A stretch of 64,000 nucleotides of DNA, taken from a virus. Both the position numbers and the translations under genes were made by a program. The notes beneath the pieces are model-generated. The model was not told where the DNA came from. It saw nothing but the letters and a program-made list of their open reading frames with translations, and searched no databases. Every line of letters starts with the position of its first letter. Within the stretch, counting starts at the first letter, position 1. The stretch lies in IMG/VR virus record IMGVR_UViG_3300027970_000006; one strand, given 5' to 3'. Positions 21,508 through 30,951 of the stretch are shown piece after piece.

Positions 21508-22413
21508 ATGGCAATTTCTAATTATGGCACAATAAGACCTTCAGACGTTAGTCCTGAAGATGTGGAAATTATATTGGTTTATACTGAATCAAGAGACGAC
21601 ACACAAAATTTTACATTAACAACTTTAAACGCACAAGACGTTCTTAGACCTTATTTTAATAATAATGATACTGGTGGTAGTTCTGTTGAAATTTTGGGTG
21701 GTTTATATAACTTAAAATTACCGGCAGATCAATTTAATAAATTGGGTATTTATACCCTTATGATTAGACCCGCAGAAATAAGAACATTAATTACCGATTG
21801 TGGTGTTTTATCCGCTTTACCAAATGTTAAGGGTATTGTTATTGACTTAAACAATGTTCCGGCACAATATAGAAATAAATTCGTTAATCAAGGTTTAGTT
21901 GGTTTTAGAGTGGAATATTTAAATCCCGACGGAACAAAAATACCAAACTTTTTTAGAATTATCACATCATCTTTTTATTGTGAACCAGTTGTTCAAAACC
22001 TTACAAATACAATTCAAAAATCTATTAGATATAAATATGTAGAAGGGGCAACTAACTTGTTATTTTGCACGTTATCCCCATCTTCATCACCAACTAATAA
22101 ACCAAGTGCAACCCCTTATATTGGACAACCAAATCAAAGTATTATTATTACCAATACATACTTTAACCCAATAAGCACCGAGATTGAGATTGTTGACCAA
22201 GATATTTCAACACTTGCAATCGCTCTTTACGGAAACCAAACTAAATCTATTGAGGATGGTATTTACACCATTTACGATTCTAATAATAACATATACAAAC
22301 AATACAACTTGTATGAAATTAAAGATCAGTTCAATACTCTTCTTTATGAAGTTAGACAAGATCGTGGTGAAAATATTGATTTCTCAAAGGCATTTAATAA
22401 TATAACCGCTTAA
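21508..22413 (+). CDS. putative virion structural protein (301 aa)
   Basis: Preceded by TATTTATA (21482); in structural operon. Confidence 0.6.
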   Translation: MAISNYGTIRPSDVSPEDVEIILVYTESRDDTQNFTLTTLNAQDVLRPYFNNNDTGGSSVEILGGLYNLKLPADQFNKLGIYTLMIRPAEIRTLITDCGVLSALPNVKGIVIDLNNVPAQYRNKFVNQGLVGFRVEYLNPDGTKIPNFFRIITSSFYCEPVVQNLTNTIQKSIRYKYVEGATNLLFCTLSPSSSPTNKPSATPYIGQPNQSIIITNTYFNPISTEIEIVDQDISTLAIALYGNQTKSIEDGIYTIYDSNNNIYKQYNLYEIKDQFNTLLYEVRQDRGENIDFSKAFNNITA

Positions 22414-25400
22414 TGGCAACAAATAAATTTACTTGTCCACCTCAAAGTAGTGCCGCTAACCAATTCTCCAATAATTTAGTTGGTGTTCAGTTGGTCACTG
22501 GAGGAGGTCTAACGCAAGCAAATTTTAATTTTACTACAGGTATTTCTGAAAAACAAAATCGGACATTCAACATAGGAACATTCTCAGACCCAATTAATTT
22601 ACAATCCATGAATATGGAAAGTAATATTGAGTCCGCAGAAATTTTAGCAAACAACTATAGAGTTTACCCAAATTACGATTTATCACAAGTAACAAACTTC
22701 ACACAATACGGATCATTAGTAAAAAGATTTTCAACATCGGTTACAAAGATTATCAATTATTTTCCGGCAGCTTTAGAGGTGTCCCCAACAACACCAAAAT
22801 TCATTACCCAAGAAACCGCGATTAACATTTCATATGATTCGGTAGAAAATGATACAATTTTTGAAGTTTATTTAGGATCAATCCAAAATCCATTTGAAAT
22901 TGATTATAGTGTTAATTCTGAAGTAAACATGATGTTTAACGAACTTGAAGTTTCACCATTAAGGAATATGAAATTAGAGTATAAGAAATACGTGTTATAT
23001 GTTAATGGTAATCAATATCCTGTAAATTACTTATACCCAACTGATAGTTCATCGGTAACATTAAAACTTATTGTTGATGGAAATCCGTTTAGTGGAAATC
23101 AAATTTCTTATGAATATTTGGTTATTAGACCAAGTGATTATGAAACAAATAAAGTTTTTAATTTGAATTTTGACACTGTTGAGCAATTTTTATTAAATAG
23201 ACAAATAACTCCGGCATACACCGCAACTTTTACCGTTCCAAAAGAACAAGAAGACGGAACTTTTATTTTAACAACAGAAACCGCAACATGGCCAAGATCA
23301 GGATTTTGGAATTTGGATATTAGATCAGGATCTTTTGATAATTATTTGATAAAAATTAATGATTTTGCATATAACTTAGATCAATATACCACAAATATTG
23401 TTTCTAGATTTTTAACAACAGGGGCTCTTAAAGAATTTGACACACCCGATCAAAAGTTTGAAAAACTACTCCAAATATACGGAAGAAGTTTTGATGAAAC
23501 AAAGACGTTTATTTCTGCGTTAGGAAACATTAATAGTATTCACTATACGGTTCAAAACGATATCCCATCACAATTATTAAAAAATTTGGCACAAACATTA
23601 GGATGGGTTACAAATTTTTCACCAATATCAAATGAAGAGTTATTACAGGCTGTATTCACAACACAACCAAATACTTTTCCAGGGTTACAAATAGGACAAA
23701 CACCTGAAGAAATAAATTATCAGTTTTATAGAAATTTAATTCTAAACTCTGCATATCTCTTTAAATCAAAAGGGACAAGAAAATCTATAGAATGTTTATT
23801 AAGAATGATCGGTGCTCCAGAAGCGATTACCGAATTTAATGAATATATTTATGTTGCTGACCAAAGAATAAATATGAGTGAGTTTAATCAACAATACGCT
23901 CAAATTAGTACTGGTACATTATCAACACAAATCCCAATTTTAGACACTACCGACGTGTTTTCAATTCAAGGGGTTTCATATACAGGGTTTACAACAACAT
24001 CAACAAACGTAAATGTTTTAACAACAAGAACTGATTACCCTGTTGATGAGTTTGGTTGTCCCAAAATGCCAACACCATCAGAAAGTTATTTTTTCCAAAT
24101 AGGCGGTGGGTGGTTTGAATCAACACCTCAACATAGAATGCCCGAATTTGCGATTCCAACAAATCAGGTCTTCACAGGAAATAACCCAAATTATCAAACA
24201 CAACTTTTACCTTTTAATTATGGGGAAGAATATCTACAAAGATATAGACATTTTCCTTATATGGACATGGGGTATAAATTAAGAAATGTTATTGATAATA
24301 AAAAAAGTTGGGTAGATACAAACTCAACTTTAAGAACAAGTTTTGAGGGGGGATTTAATTCGTATTATAATGTTGGTGAAGAGTGTTTAACGTTAAATGT
24401 TAAAAACGTGGACATAATGATGAACCCAGCACAAGGATTAGCTTACGATGTTTGGTATATGTCCCGACAATATAATTTCCCAATACCAGAACAGGGTTTA
24501 TTTTACACACCACCATCACCATGTTATATACCTAACCCATATCCAAAATTGGGTGGGGTAGATTGGACAACAATAGTCCCAAAACCAAAACAAAAAACTT
24601 TCTTTGAGTTCGCTCAAACATTTTGGAGAAATATGATAAACACGAGAAATCGTCAATTTATCACCGATGGAAAAACAGGAGGATATCCGACGTTACAATC
24701 AATATATTGGAGGTATTTAGAGTCCATTAAATTGGCTGGAGTTCCAAACAACAATTACACATATCAAACAATGATAGATTATGTGAATGGTATGGGAGAT
24801 TATTGGATTCAAATGATTGAACAAATGGTTCCTGCTACCACAATTTGGAACACAGGAACAAGATTAGAAAATTCAATATTTCATAGACAAAAATTTGTAT
24901 GGAGAAGACAAGAAGGTTGTAAGTTTCTTCCAATACCTTGTAAACCTTGTAATCTTACAACACAACTATATGTATTGGATTGTCCGGTACAACAAGTGAC
25001 TTGTGGACTATATCCTTGGACGACAAACCCAAATACCACATCATTTGGAATTGTATTAGGAGAAACCATGTTAGACTTCTTCTTGTCTCAAGGGTTGGAT
25101 CCAAATAATTGTCAAATCAACACGATTGTGAGTAATTGGTATGTTGATATAAGAATAAATGGGTTGATATTAACACAATACGGTTTTTTCACTGGTGTTG
25201 GAACAAATGGGTTCCCAACTAGTAGTCAATGGGTTACAGCTTTGTCTGAGGCTTTTGATGGTTTACTAAACAATGGGTATGGTTATAATATTGATGAGAC
25301 AGACGAAGAAATCGTTGTGTTCAATAATAATTGTCAACCAAATTTTGACGACCTTCAAATTAATGTTGGGATAAACTTTGAAGTGTATTGTAACGGGTAA
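22413..25400 (+). CDS. baseplate wedge protein with P2 gpI / gp7-like domain
   Basis: 'LLKNLAQTLGW' and 'YLFKSKGTRKSIECLLRMIG' match the gpI-type motif. Confidence 0.65.
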   Translation: MATNKFTCPPQSSAANQFSNNLVGVQLVTGGGLTQANFNFTTGISEKQNRTFNIGTFSDPINLQSMNMESNIESAEILANNYRVYPNYDLSQVTNFTQYGSLVKRFSTSVTKIINYFPAALEVSPTTPKFITQETAINISYDSVENDTIFEVYLGSIQNPFEIDYSVNSEVNMMFNELEVSPLRNMKLEYKKYVLYVNGNQYPVNYLYPTDSSSVTLKLIVDGNPFSGNQISYEYLVIRPSDYETNKVFNLNFDTVEQFLLNRQITPAYTATFTVPKEQEDGTFILTTETATWPRSGFWNLDIRSGSFDNYLIKINDFAYNLDQYTTNIVSRFLTTGALKEFDTPDQKFEKLLQIYGRSFDETKTFISALGNINSIHYTVQNDIPSQLLKNLAQTLGWVTNFSPISNEELLQAVFTTQPNTFPGLQIGQTPEEINYQFYRNLILNSAYLFKSKGTRKSIECLLRMIGAPEAITEFNEYIYVADQRINMSEFNQQYAQISTGTLSTQIPILDTTDVFSIQGVSYTGFTTTSTNVNVLTTRTDYPVDEFGCPKMPTPSESYFFQIGGGWFESTPQHRMPEFAIPTNQVFTGNNPNYQTQLLPFNYGEEYLQRYRHFPYMDMGYKLRNVIDNKKSWVDTNSTLRTSFEGGFNSYYNVGEECLTLNVKNVDIMMNPAQGLAYDVWYMSRQYNFPIPEQGLFYTPPSPCYIPNPYPKLGGVDWTTIVPKPKQKTFFEFAQTFWRNMINTRNRQFITDGKTGGYPTLQSIYWRYLESIKLAGVPNNNYTYQTMIDYVNGMGDYWIQMIEQMVPATTIWNTGTRLENSIFHRQKFVWRRQEGCKFLPIPCKPCNLTTQLYVLDCPVQQVTCGLYPWTTNPNTTSFGIVLGETMLDFFLSQGLDPNNCQINTIVSNWYVDIRINGLILTQYGFFTGVGTNGFPTSSQWVTALSEAFDGLLNNGYGYNIDETDEEIVVFNNNCQPNFDDLQINVGINFEVYCNG

Positions 25401-27586
25401 TGAGTATTTCTGTTTATAATTTTAATGTAACTGGTGATTGTAGTAATACAAATTCGGGATCCGTATATTTTAATATTACAGGATCAACACCCCCGTTTGC
25501 AGTTACCTGTATTACCTCTGGTTGTCCATTACCAACATCAGCAGCCACATTAAGTTATTCAGCGTCAAGTTTATCGGCAGACACTTATTTTTTACAAATT
25601 ATTGATGGGGTATCTAACTCATATTTACAAGCGGTTTATATTTCATCAGGAACAACAGCAACAATTGACTCTCAAAACACTAGTTGTGGTTTAGATAATG
25701 GGATTATTACAGGATTTACGTCTGGGGTTTATGGTATTGCAACATTTACACTTTATGATGGGAGTGATAATTATGTGACATCAGCCACAACACCAAATTC
25801 ATATTATGATTTCACATCTTTATCTGCCGGTACTTATTATATTGTCGCAAATGATGGGGGTGGGTGTACAGGAATAACCGCCTCTGTAATTTTAACACCA
25901 TCAACAGGTCTTACATTTGGGGCATATATCGTAAATGATGGTAGTTGTATTGGAACCCCAAGTGGTAAATTATTTTTAACAGGTTTAACATTACCAAGTT
26001 CGGCCTATACAATAACTTGGTCACCAAATGTTAATGGACAAACAGGAACTACCGTGACAGGACTAACAGGAGGGGTTTATTTGGCGACGGTAACAGACCC
26101 AAATAATTGCACCACCACAAATTCATTTAACGTTAACACCGTTGGTGCATTAACTTCTGCTGGTTTTATAACGATAGACCAACCAACATGTTTTTTTAAT
26201 GATGGTGTGGTTGAGTTTATAATTACAGGTGGAACCGCGCCATATTTTTTCAGTGGATCATCAGGTCAGGTAGAAATTACTTTTAATCAATCAGTTATTT
26301 TTACAGGATTATCATCGGGGGGTTATAGTTTTTTAGTGACAGATGCAGGGCTTTGCACCATTTACGACTCTGTTTCTTTAATAACACCAAATTCATTTAG
26401 TACCGTTGCCGTTAATACGACACCATCAACTTGTTCTGCTAATGACGGGACAATTCAAGTAATAGTTGACAATGGATTATCAACACAACCAAGTTTACTA
26501 ATCTCAATTTCTGGAACATCAGGAACACAACAAATTGGAACATTAGGAAACCCAAGTCAAACATTTTATGGTTTACCAAATGGAACTTATTTGGTAGAGG
26601 TAGAGTCCGCAGGGTGTACTTACACAGCAACAACAAATATAACATCTGTCAATTTATATACCGTAACAGCAACAACCACAGGAACTACTTGTGGGTCAAG
26701 TAATGGGATATTACAAGTTTTAGTTTCCACTGGCGGAACCTTACCTTATTTATTTACCTTAGTTGGCCCTTCATATTCTCCTGTGTCAACAACATCACCC
26801 GTTGGAACTTTTACAAATCTTACTTATGGAAATTATACACTTACGGTACAAGATTCAGGATCTCCATCGTGTGTGCAGACATTTCCTGTTTATATTGATT
26901 ATAGTCAAAATGTGTTTTTTAATTTATACCCAAATCAACCATTTAACGGAAATGACGGATCAATAACTACAATTATCACATCAGGAGAACCACCATTTAC
27001 ATTAACTTGGACTGGTAATGTTTCTGGTCAAACAGGGTCAACAATTACCGGATTAACTTCAGGATCTTACTCATTAACTGTAACAGACTCAAGTGGGTGT
27101 ACTTTAACAAAAACTATAAAATTATCAGGAACAAAAAAATATAGTAATTACCGATATTATAATATATGTGAAAATACTTTTTCAAATAGTGGGTTAGTGA
27201 CCAAAAGAGATATTAGATCTATGTATTTAGAAGGCTTTAATGACCTTACAAGTGGTGATACTAATTGTATAATAAATGAAGCAACATTTACAATATTTGC
27301 ACAAATTGGATCTCAATCTGCTCAAACCGAATTTTATACATCATCAGGGTCTACTGATTATCCTAGTGATACTATATGGGCTCAAACAATAACAAATACA
27401 TTGGATTCATTTTTAGGTATATCAGGAACAACGGTTGATATCATATCAAATAGAATTACCGTAAAAACAACTTGTGAAGACATACCAAAGGGTTGTATAA
27501 TTGAACCAATAAACCCACTACAAGATAATCAAATAACCGTTAATCTTATCATTGATTATGACATATCTTGTGTTTCTTGTATTTAA
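25400..27586 (+). CDS. SprB-repeat adhesin-like virion protein
   Basis: Multiple 'C...DG.I...GGT.PY...W...TGL..G.Y...VTD..GC' repeats. Confidence 0.8.
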   Translation: MSISVYNFNVTGDCSNTNSGSVYFNITGSTPPFAVTCITSGCPLPTSAATLSYSASSLSADTYFLQIIDGVSNSYLQAVYISSGTTATIDSQNTSCGLDNGIITGFTSGVYGIATFTLYDGSDNYVTSATTPNSYYDFTSLSAGTYYIVANDGGGCTGITASVILTPSTGLTFGAYIVNDGSCIGTPSGKLFLTGLTLPSSAYTITWSPNVNGQTGTTVTGLTGGVYLATVTDPNNCTTTNSFNVNTVGALTSAGFITIDQPTCFFNDGVVEFIITGGTAPYFFSGSSGQVEITFNQSVIFTGLSSGGYSFLVTDAGLCTIYDSVSLITPNSFSTVAVNTTPSTCSANDGTIQVIVDNGLSTQPSLLISISGTSGTQQIGTLGNPSQTFYGLPNGTYLVEVESAGCTYTATTNITSVNLYTVTATTTGTTCGSSNGILQVLVSTGGTLPYLFTLVGPSYSPVSTTSPVGTFTNLTYGNYTLTVQDSGSPSCVQTFPVYIDYSQNVFFNLYPNQPFNGNDGSITTIITSGEPPFTLTWTGNVSGQTGSTITGLTSGSYSLTVTDSSGCTLTKTIKLSGTKKYSNYRYYNICENTFSNSGLVTKRDIRSMYLEGFNDLTSGDTNCIINEATFTIFAQIGSQSAQTEFYTSSGSTDYPSDTIWAQTITNTLDSFLGISGTTVDIISNRITVKTTCEDIPKGCIIEPINPLQDNQITVNLIIDYDISCVSCI

Positions 27587-27589
27587 GTT

Positions 27590-27814
27590 ATGGCAAATCA
27601 AGTAACCATAAATACCATTTCAGGATTAACAACACCATTTAGTGGTTATTGTTGTGATGTTTACGGAAATCAATGTTCTTATATTGGAGTAATTAGTAGT
27701 TTACCAACAACAATTACATTACCAATTCAATTTAATACCGCACCAGCAATAGGATTAAAACTTATTAAAGATAATGGGTGTGAAAGGTTAGAAACAATTT
27801 ACTGCACAACATAA
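27590..27814 (+). CDS. small Cys-containing beta protein (paralog of 35749..35967)
   Basis: 'QVTINTISGLTTPFSGYCCD..G..C.YI' aligns with the 35967 product. Confidence 0.7.
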   Translation: MANQVTINTISGLTTPFSGYCCDVYGNQCSYIGVISSLPTTITLPIQFNTAPAIGLKLIKDNGCERLETIYCTT

Positions 27815-27848
27815 TACACTTGTTTTAAACTTTTCATATAATTAAAAT

Positions 27849-28829
27849 ATGGAAGAAATATTGTTTGTTTCGGCACAACCTGACGTGCCATATTTTATAT
27901 GGCAAATTAAGTTGTATGTTCATAATTTTATAGAAAATGGAATTAACCCAAATCAAATTCATGTTGTATTAGGTCTTGTACAAGGCAAAACAACACCATC
28001 AAAAGAATCTGAAGAGTTAAAAAACTTAAATATAAATATTCATTATTTTGTTGACGAAAGAATATCAAAACATTATATCCCGTCAATAAAACCATATTTA
28101 ATTTCAAAGTGGATTCAGTCAAACCCAAAACATGGTGAGTTATTTTTTCTTCACGACGCAGATATAATTTTTAGAGAACTACCGAACTTTGATCGGTTGT
28201 TGAACGATGATGTCAATTATTTATCTGACACCATTGGATATATTGGATATAATTATATTATGGATTGTTGTGATAGATATGAAAATCGTCATCCATCTTC
28301 AGAAAAAGGTCAATTGATAAAAGAAATGGCCGTAGTTATTGATATTGATGTTGAAACAATAAAGATAAACCAAGAAAACTCTGGTGGAGGACAATACCTT
28401 ATAAAAAACACAAGTTGCGAGTTGTGGGATAAGATATATAAAGATTCAACCAAACTTTATGATAAAATGATATCATACCAAAGAAGATTTCCAATATCCC
28501 CTGGTGAGATACAATTTTGGACTGCAGAAATGTGGTCAGTTCTTTGGAATTTATGGTTGTATAATCATCAAACAAAAATAACAAAAGAATTGGATTTTTC
28601 TTGGGCAACAGACCCAATTGAAATCTATGATGAAAAACCCATATTACATATGGCAGGAGTCACCGATAATTTGAAAACTACAAAATTTTTTAAAGGGGAC
28701 TATATTAATATTGACCCAATAACAAAACTTAAAGAAAATCCGAATCAGTTTGATTATGTTGATTTTAAAAGTTCAACGATTAAATACATTGAGAATATGA
28801 GATCTTATATTAAAAAATACAATGTTTGA
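27849..28829 (+). CDS. putative GT-A glycosyltransferase (peptidyl Ser/Hyp O-glycosyltransferase-like)
   Basis: 'YIPSIKPYL..W', DxD in 'FFLHDADIIF', 'WTAEMWS', 'ILHMAG'. Confidence 0.6.
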   Translation: MEEILFVSAQPDVPYFIWQIKLYVHNFIENGINPNQIHVVLGLVQGKTTPSKESEELKNLNINIHYFVDERISKHYIPSIKPYLISKWIQSNPKHGELFFLHDADIIFRELPNFDRLLNDDVNYLSDTIGYIGYNYIMDCCDRYENRHPSSEKGQLIKEMAVVIDIDVETIKINQENSGGGQYLIKNTSCELWDKIYKDSTKLYDKMISYQRRFPISPGEIQFWTAEMWSVLWNLWLYNHQTKITKELDFSWATDPIEIYDEKPILHMAGVTDNLKTTKFFKGDYINIDPITKLKENPNQFDYVDFKSSTIKYIENMRSYIKKYNV

Positions 28830-28846
28830 TTATTTATTATTATTAG

Positions 28847-30922
28847 ATGATTGAAAATTGCTACATATTATATTCTTGTGACGGAAGTTATGAACCTATT
28901 GTTTCAAACTTTAGTGGGTTGAGCGCGTATTCTGAGACTTTTGTTTCAATAGATATTATAGATTTGGGGGAAACTCCAGATACTTGTTTTTATGTTTTAA
29001 GTTTGGGTGAAATAGAATGTTCACCAACTTATGACATTTCTGTCAATACAGGGATAACCTGTACTTGTCAATGTTATTGTTATTTTATAAGATCAGCAAA
29101 CCAAACAACAGAGGTTACTTATGTTGATTGTAACAATACGATTATTATTGATACAATACAAGAAGGGTTTACCTATAATATTTGTAGTAAAGTATTTCCA
29201 CAATTTGATACGGAAGTTCAAATACCAATCAAATTGACGGATATTTGTCAAGACAACCAATGTCCCCCAACAATACCAACGGTAAAACCACCAAATGAGT
29301 GTGATGTTATTACAATATTCCCTATGGATGTTGAATGTTTAATATTACAACCAACAAATGATAAAAGTTTTGATGGAGCGGCGACTTTAATTGTGACAGG
29401 AGGAACACCACCATATACAATTTTTTGGGAGGTAGGTAGTTTTGCTCCCGCTCTTACTAATTTAGGTGTTGGGGAGTATTCGGCAACCGTAACAGATTAT
29501 TATGGAGATTTTACCGCAAACACAACTTGTGTTTTAACTGCTGAAACATTAACTTTATCGGGTATGTGTTTTGTTATTACAGGGATTACAGGTGAAGTCC
29601 CCGTATACATTTCAACAGAAAGTGGCGGGTTAAAGAATGGAAAACCATATTATGAAATTAAATATCAATTGGAAACTTATGGTTATGTTTTTTGGAATAC
29701 AGAAACTAATAATTGGTATTTTTGTCAAACTTTAGATTGTCAAAATATATTACCATACGATACATTAACAGGAACAACCTATTACCCCTCAGGAACAACA
29801 GGAGAATGGGTTTTAGGTTCAGATTCACAATATTATATTCAAGAGTCTTATGTTGGATTGTGTCAAATACCATCAATTCCAAAAATAGATAGTCCTTTAT
29901 GTGTTACTTTAGTAACCAGAAGCCCAAAAGAAGGGGTGGCAACACAAAGTCAACAAATTGAACTAGACCCAAGTAATGACATTAACGGACAACCAAGTTG
30001 GACATCATCAACAGGACAATATGTTATTTATTGGAACACAGGATCAACACCTAATCAATGGACAATGACAGGGTATTCAAGTCCTTACGTTAGTTTAATA
30101 AATAATGATCCAACAAGTCCACCATTAAGTAATTGGCAAGTTCAGGGATCACCAGAAGTGTTTAGTATGGCGGTTTTGGAAGGAGAATGTATAACAGCAT
30201 ATACGATAAGCGTTGGAGCTTCGGTTAATGATGCGGTATGTGAAGAAAAAGGAAGTATAACGATTGCGGCAACAGGGGGATTTCCTCCTTACACCTATTC
30301 TATTGATGGAGGAGCAACATATCAATCATCTCCAATTTTTAATAATTTAACACCTGGAATTTATAGTATATTTGTTAAAGACACATTAACAACCGTAGGG
30401 TCTTTAACATCAATTCAAGTGAATAGTTTACCACCAACCACATATACTTTGGTTATGAATGTGAATTATGGTAATGGAACTTTTTCAATAACAGCTCCCG
30501 TACTTCCAAATGGAGTTACAATTTCTTTGAATTTAATAATGACATCAACTTTTAGTTATTATCCAATTACTTTAAGTCCGATACCAACATACAACAATAT
30601 AACGACCATAAATGGAACTACACCTATGACGTTAACAAATACGTCTTCAAATACAGTCCCATTAACTGGACCTTGTACGGCAGACCTTCCAATAACGGTT
30701 GCACAGATAACTAAAACATACACAAATACTTTAACTTTTACTAGCGGACAAGTTATTACAGGATCAACAACTTCAAATATAATAAACAACCCAACAGGTT
30801 TTTGTGAAAAAGCAATTGGTTCATATAATCTTATTATGACTAGTCCAATTATTAATAATTGTAATTGTTGTCAAGTGATACTTAATAATCCAAAGTTAAA
30901 TGTTGCTCCACCGATAATATAA
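28847..30922 (+). CDS. Cys-rich SprB-repeat virion protein
   Basis: 'GGTPPYTIFW..NLGVGEYSATVTD', 'GGFPPYTYSIDGG.TYQSSPIFNNLTPGIY'; TATTTAT at 28831. Confidence 0.75.
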   Translation: MIENCYILYSCDGSYEPIVSNFSGLSAYSETFVSIDIIDLGETPDTCFYVLSLGEIECSPTYDISVNTGITCTCQCYCYFIRSANQTTEVTYVDCNNTIIIDTIQEGFTYNICSKVFPQFDTEVQIPIKLTDICQDNQCPPTIPTVKPPNECDVITIFPMDVECLILQPTNDKSFDGAATLIVTGGTPPYTIFWEVGSFAPALTNLGVGEYSATVTDYYGDFTANTTCVLTAETLTLSGMCFVITGITGEVPVYISTESGGLKNGKPYYEIKYQLETYGYVFWNTETNNWYFCQTLDCQNILPYDTLTGTTYYPSGTTGEWVLGSDSQYYIQESYVGLCQIPSIPKIDSPLCVTLVTRSPKEGVATQSQQIELDPSNDINGQPSWTSSTGQYVIYWNTGSTPNQWTMTGYSSPYVSLINNDPTSPPLSNWQVQGSPEVFSMAVLEGECITAYTISVGASVNDAVCEEKGSITIAATGGFPPYTYSIDGGATYQSSPIFNNLTPGIYSIFVKDTLTTVGSLTSIQVNSLPPTTYTLVMNVNYGNGTFSITAPVLPNGVTISLNLIMTSTFSYYPITLSPIPTYNNITTINGTTPMTLTNTSSNTVPLTGPCTADLPITVAQITKTYTNTLTFTSGQVITGSTTSNIINNPTGFCEKAIGSYNLIMTSPIINNCNCCQVILNNPKLNVAPPII

Positions 30923-30951
30923 AAATAATAAAAACAATATTTATTCTATAA

